Shown: in pieces, positions 62,256 through 64,000 of the stretch
Layout: each line of letters begins with the position of its first letter
Numbering within the stretch: position 1 is the stretch's first letter
DNA from: Squalus acanthias
Taxonomy: Eukaryota
NCBI GenBank assembly: GCA_030390025.1
Contig: CM059432.1
Coordinates: 10,354,001-10,418,000 of the forward strand
Length of the DNA: 64,000 bases
Reading direction: 5' to 3'
Notes under the pieces: generated by a model
What the model was told of the DNA's origin: nothing
Database searches by the model: none
The model's input: the letters and a program-made list of their open reading frames with translations, nothing else
Position numbers and translations under genes: made by a program

Positions 62256-63431
62256 TATTAAATATGTACAACTTGGAACAAGAAAAGTCTGAACAGCTGA
62301 ATTTTCCTACAGGTCAGTGTTGGAACCCGACAGACAGTCAACAGTTAACCCTACACAAACCCCAACTCTGAACATGCATTGAAACCAGTTACTGTGGAAG
62401 ATTTGTGGAAGCAACATGAAATGATATCACTGGTCAGAAAGCCAGCATCTCGAGATCAACTCACAACTTTGAAGTGATTGAAGTGGGTGGAGACAGAAGG
62501 CTGCTCTGTGTCAACTGGGTTTTGTCAGAAATTAATCTTCGCTTCGCGATGGTCTAATATCGGGAACGGTGGCAGAGAACGGTTATGTTACTGGACTGGT
62601 AATCCAGAGACCTGGACTAATGATCCGGAGAAACAAGGGTTCAAATTCCACCACAGCAGCTGTGGAATTTAAATTCAGTTAATTAAATAAATCTGGACTA
62701 AAAAGCTAGTGTCAGTAATGGTGACCATGAAACTACAGGATTGTCGTAAAAACCCAACTGGTTCACTAATGTCCTTTAGGGAAGGAAATCTGCCGTCCTT
62801 CCCCGATCTGGCCAATATGTGACTCCAGACCCACAGCAAATGTGGTTGACTCTTAACTGCCCTCTGAAATGGCCTAGAAAGGCAATTAGGGATGGGCAAT
62901 AAATGCTGGCCACATCCCGTGGACGAATTAAAAAAAACTGCTGAAATTTATAGTTTAATCGCTAAATGTAGCTGTCCAGAGAACAACTGAGAGATATAAC
63001 ATTCCCATTTTATTCCGAAAACCAAGAAGGTCTCCCAGTCAAAGTACAAGCCTAGTCTGTGCAACCTGTCCTCATTATTTAACCCCTTCAGCTCTGGGCA
63101 ATGTCACTCAAACAATGAATTATAATAGTTGACTAACAATAGCAACCAATAATGAATCGAACAATTAGCTGCCTGAGTTTTAAAATGACGCCATCTGCTT
63201 TACTTGTCCCTGATGTTTCAATAATAGCAGTCGGGAAAATGAAAGGTAGGCGGAATGGTTAGGGGATAGAAAGCAACCGTAAAAAAAACCCGAACAATAT
63301 AACAAAGCAAAGAAACAGAAGGGCAGCGTTAGATTAGAAAAGAATGAGACATGAGACTGACCGACTCTGGAAATGGATGAATAGCCGTGGCACTGAAAAA
63401 AGTAAAAGAAAGAAAGACTTGCCTTTATATC

Positions 63432-64000
63432 ACAATCACTATCACTAGAGAAAAAGTACTAGTCAAACTTATGGGTCTAAAGGCTGACAAGTCCCCTGGA
63501 CCTGATGGCCTGCATCCGAGGGTCTTAAAAGAAGTGGCTGCAGAGGTAGTGGATGCATTGGTTGTAATCTTCCAAAATTCCCTCGACTCTGGAAAAGTCC
63601 CAGCGGATTGGAAAACCGCAAATGTAACGCCCTTCTTCAAAAAAGGAGGGAGACAGAAAGCAGGAAACTATAGGCCAGGTAGCCTAACATCTATCAAATG
63701 CTAGAATCCATTATTAAGGAAGTAGCAGCAGGACATTTAGAAATTCAAAATACAAACAGAGTCAGCATGGTATTATGAAGGGGAAAAATCATGTTTGACA
63801 AATCTATTAGAGTTCTTTGAGGAGCTAACGAGCAGGGTGGATAAAGGGGAACCAGTAGATGTGGTGTATTTGGATTTCAAAAAGGCATTCGACAAGGTGC
63901 CACATAAAAGGTTACTGCATAAGATGAGAGCTCATGGTGTTGGGGGTAATATATTAGTATGGATAGAGGATTGGCTAACTAACAGAAAACAGAGGGCTGG
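63432..64000 (+). mobile_element. CR1 ORF2 RT fragment, runs off the window
   Basis: DKSPGPDGLHPRVLKE, DWKTANVTP, NYRP and DFKKAFDKVPH motifs. Confidence 0.92.

Overview
Repeat-dominated vertebrate genomic DNA. The mix of Deu-domain SINEs, an HE1-type V-SINE piece, CR1/L2/RTE LINEs and Penelope tails points to a cartilaginous fish, probably a shark. I recognised no host protein-coding gene; there is only one weak candidate exon chain at 5.4-15.6 kb. Main contents: (1) an apparently intact PIF/Harbinger DNA transposon (50163-54471) with an uninterrupted DDE transposase and a convergent 3-exon Myb/SANT-like gene, plus a decayed second Harbinger and many Harbinger-type non-autonomous elements (12-13 bp TIRs, 3-bp TSDs), several nested; (2) a young GC-rich Gypsy LTR element (33717-37986) with a tRNA-Trp PBS; (3) a full-length but disabled CR1 LINE inserted into another CR1; (4) an LTR-less ERV integrase/env fragment; (5) two TG..CA elements with 4-bp TSDs, one of which appears to have divergent promoter/poly(A) arms; (6) Penelope tails carrying minimal hammerhead ribozyme motifs; (7) several minisatellites. 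All calls come from reading the sequence by eye. No database search was run, and ends without a stated TSD are approximate.
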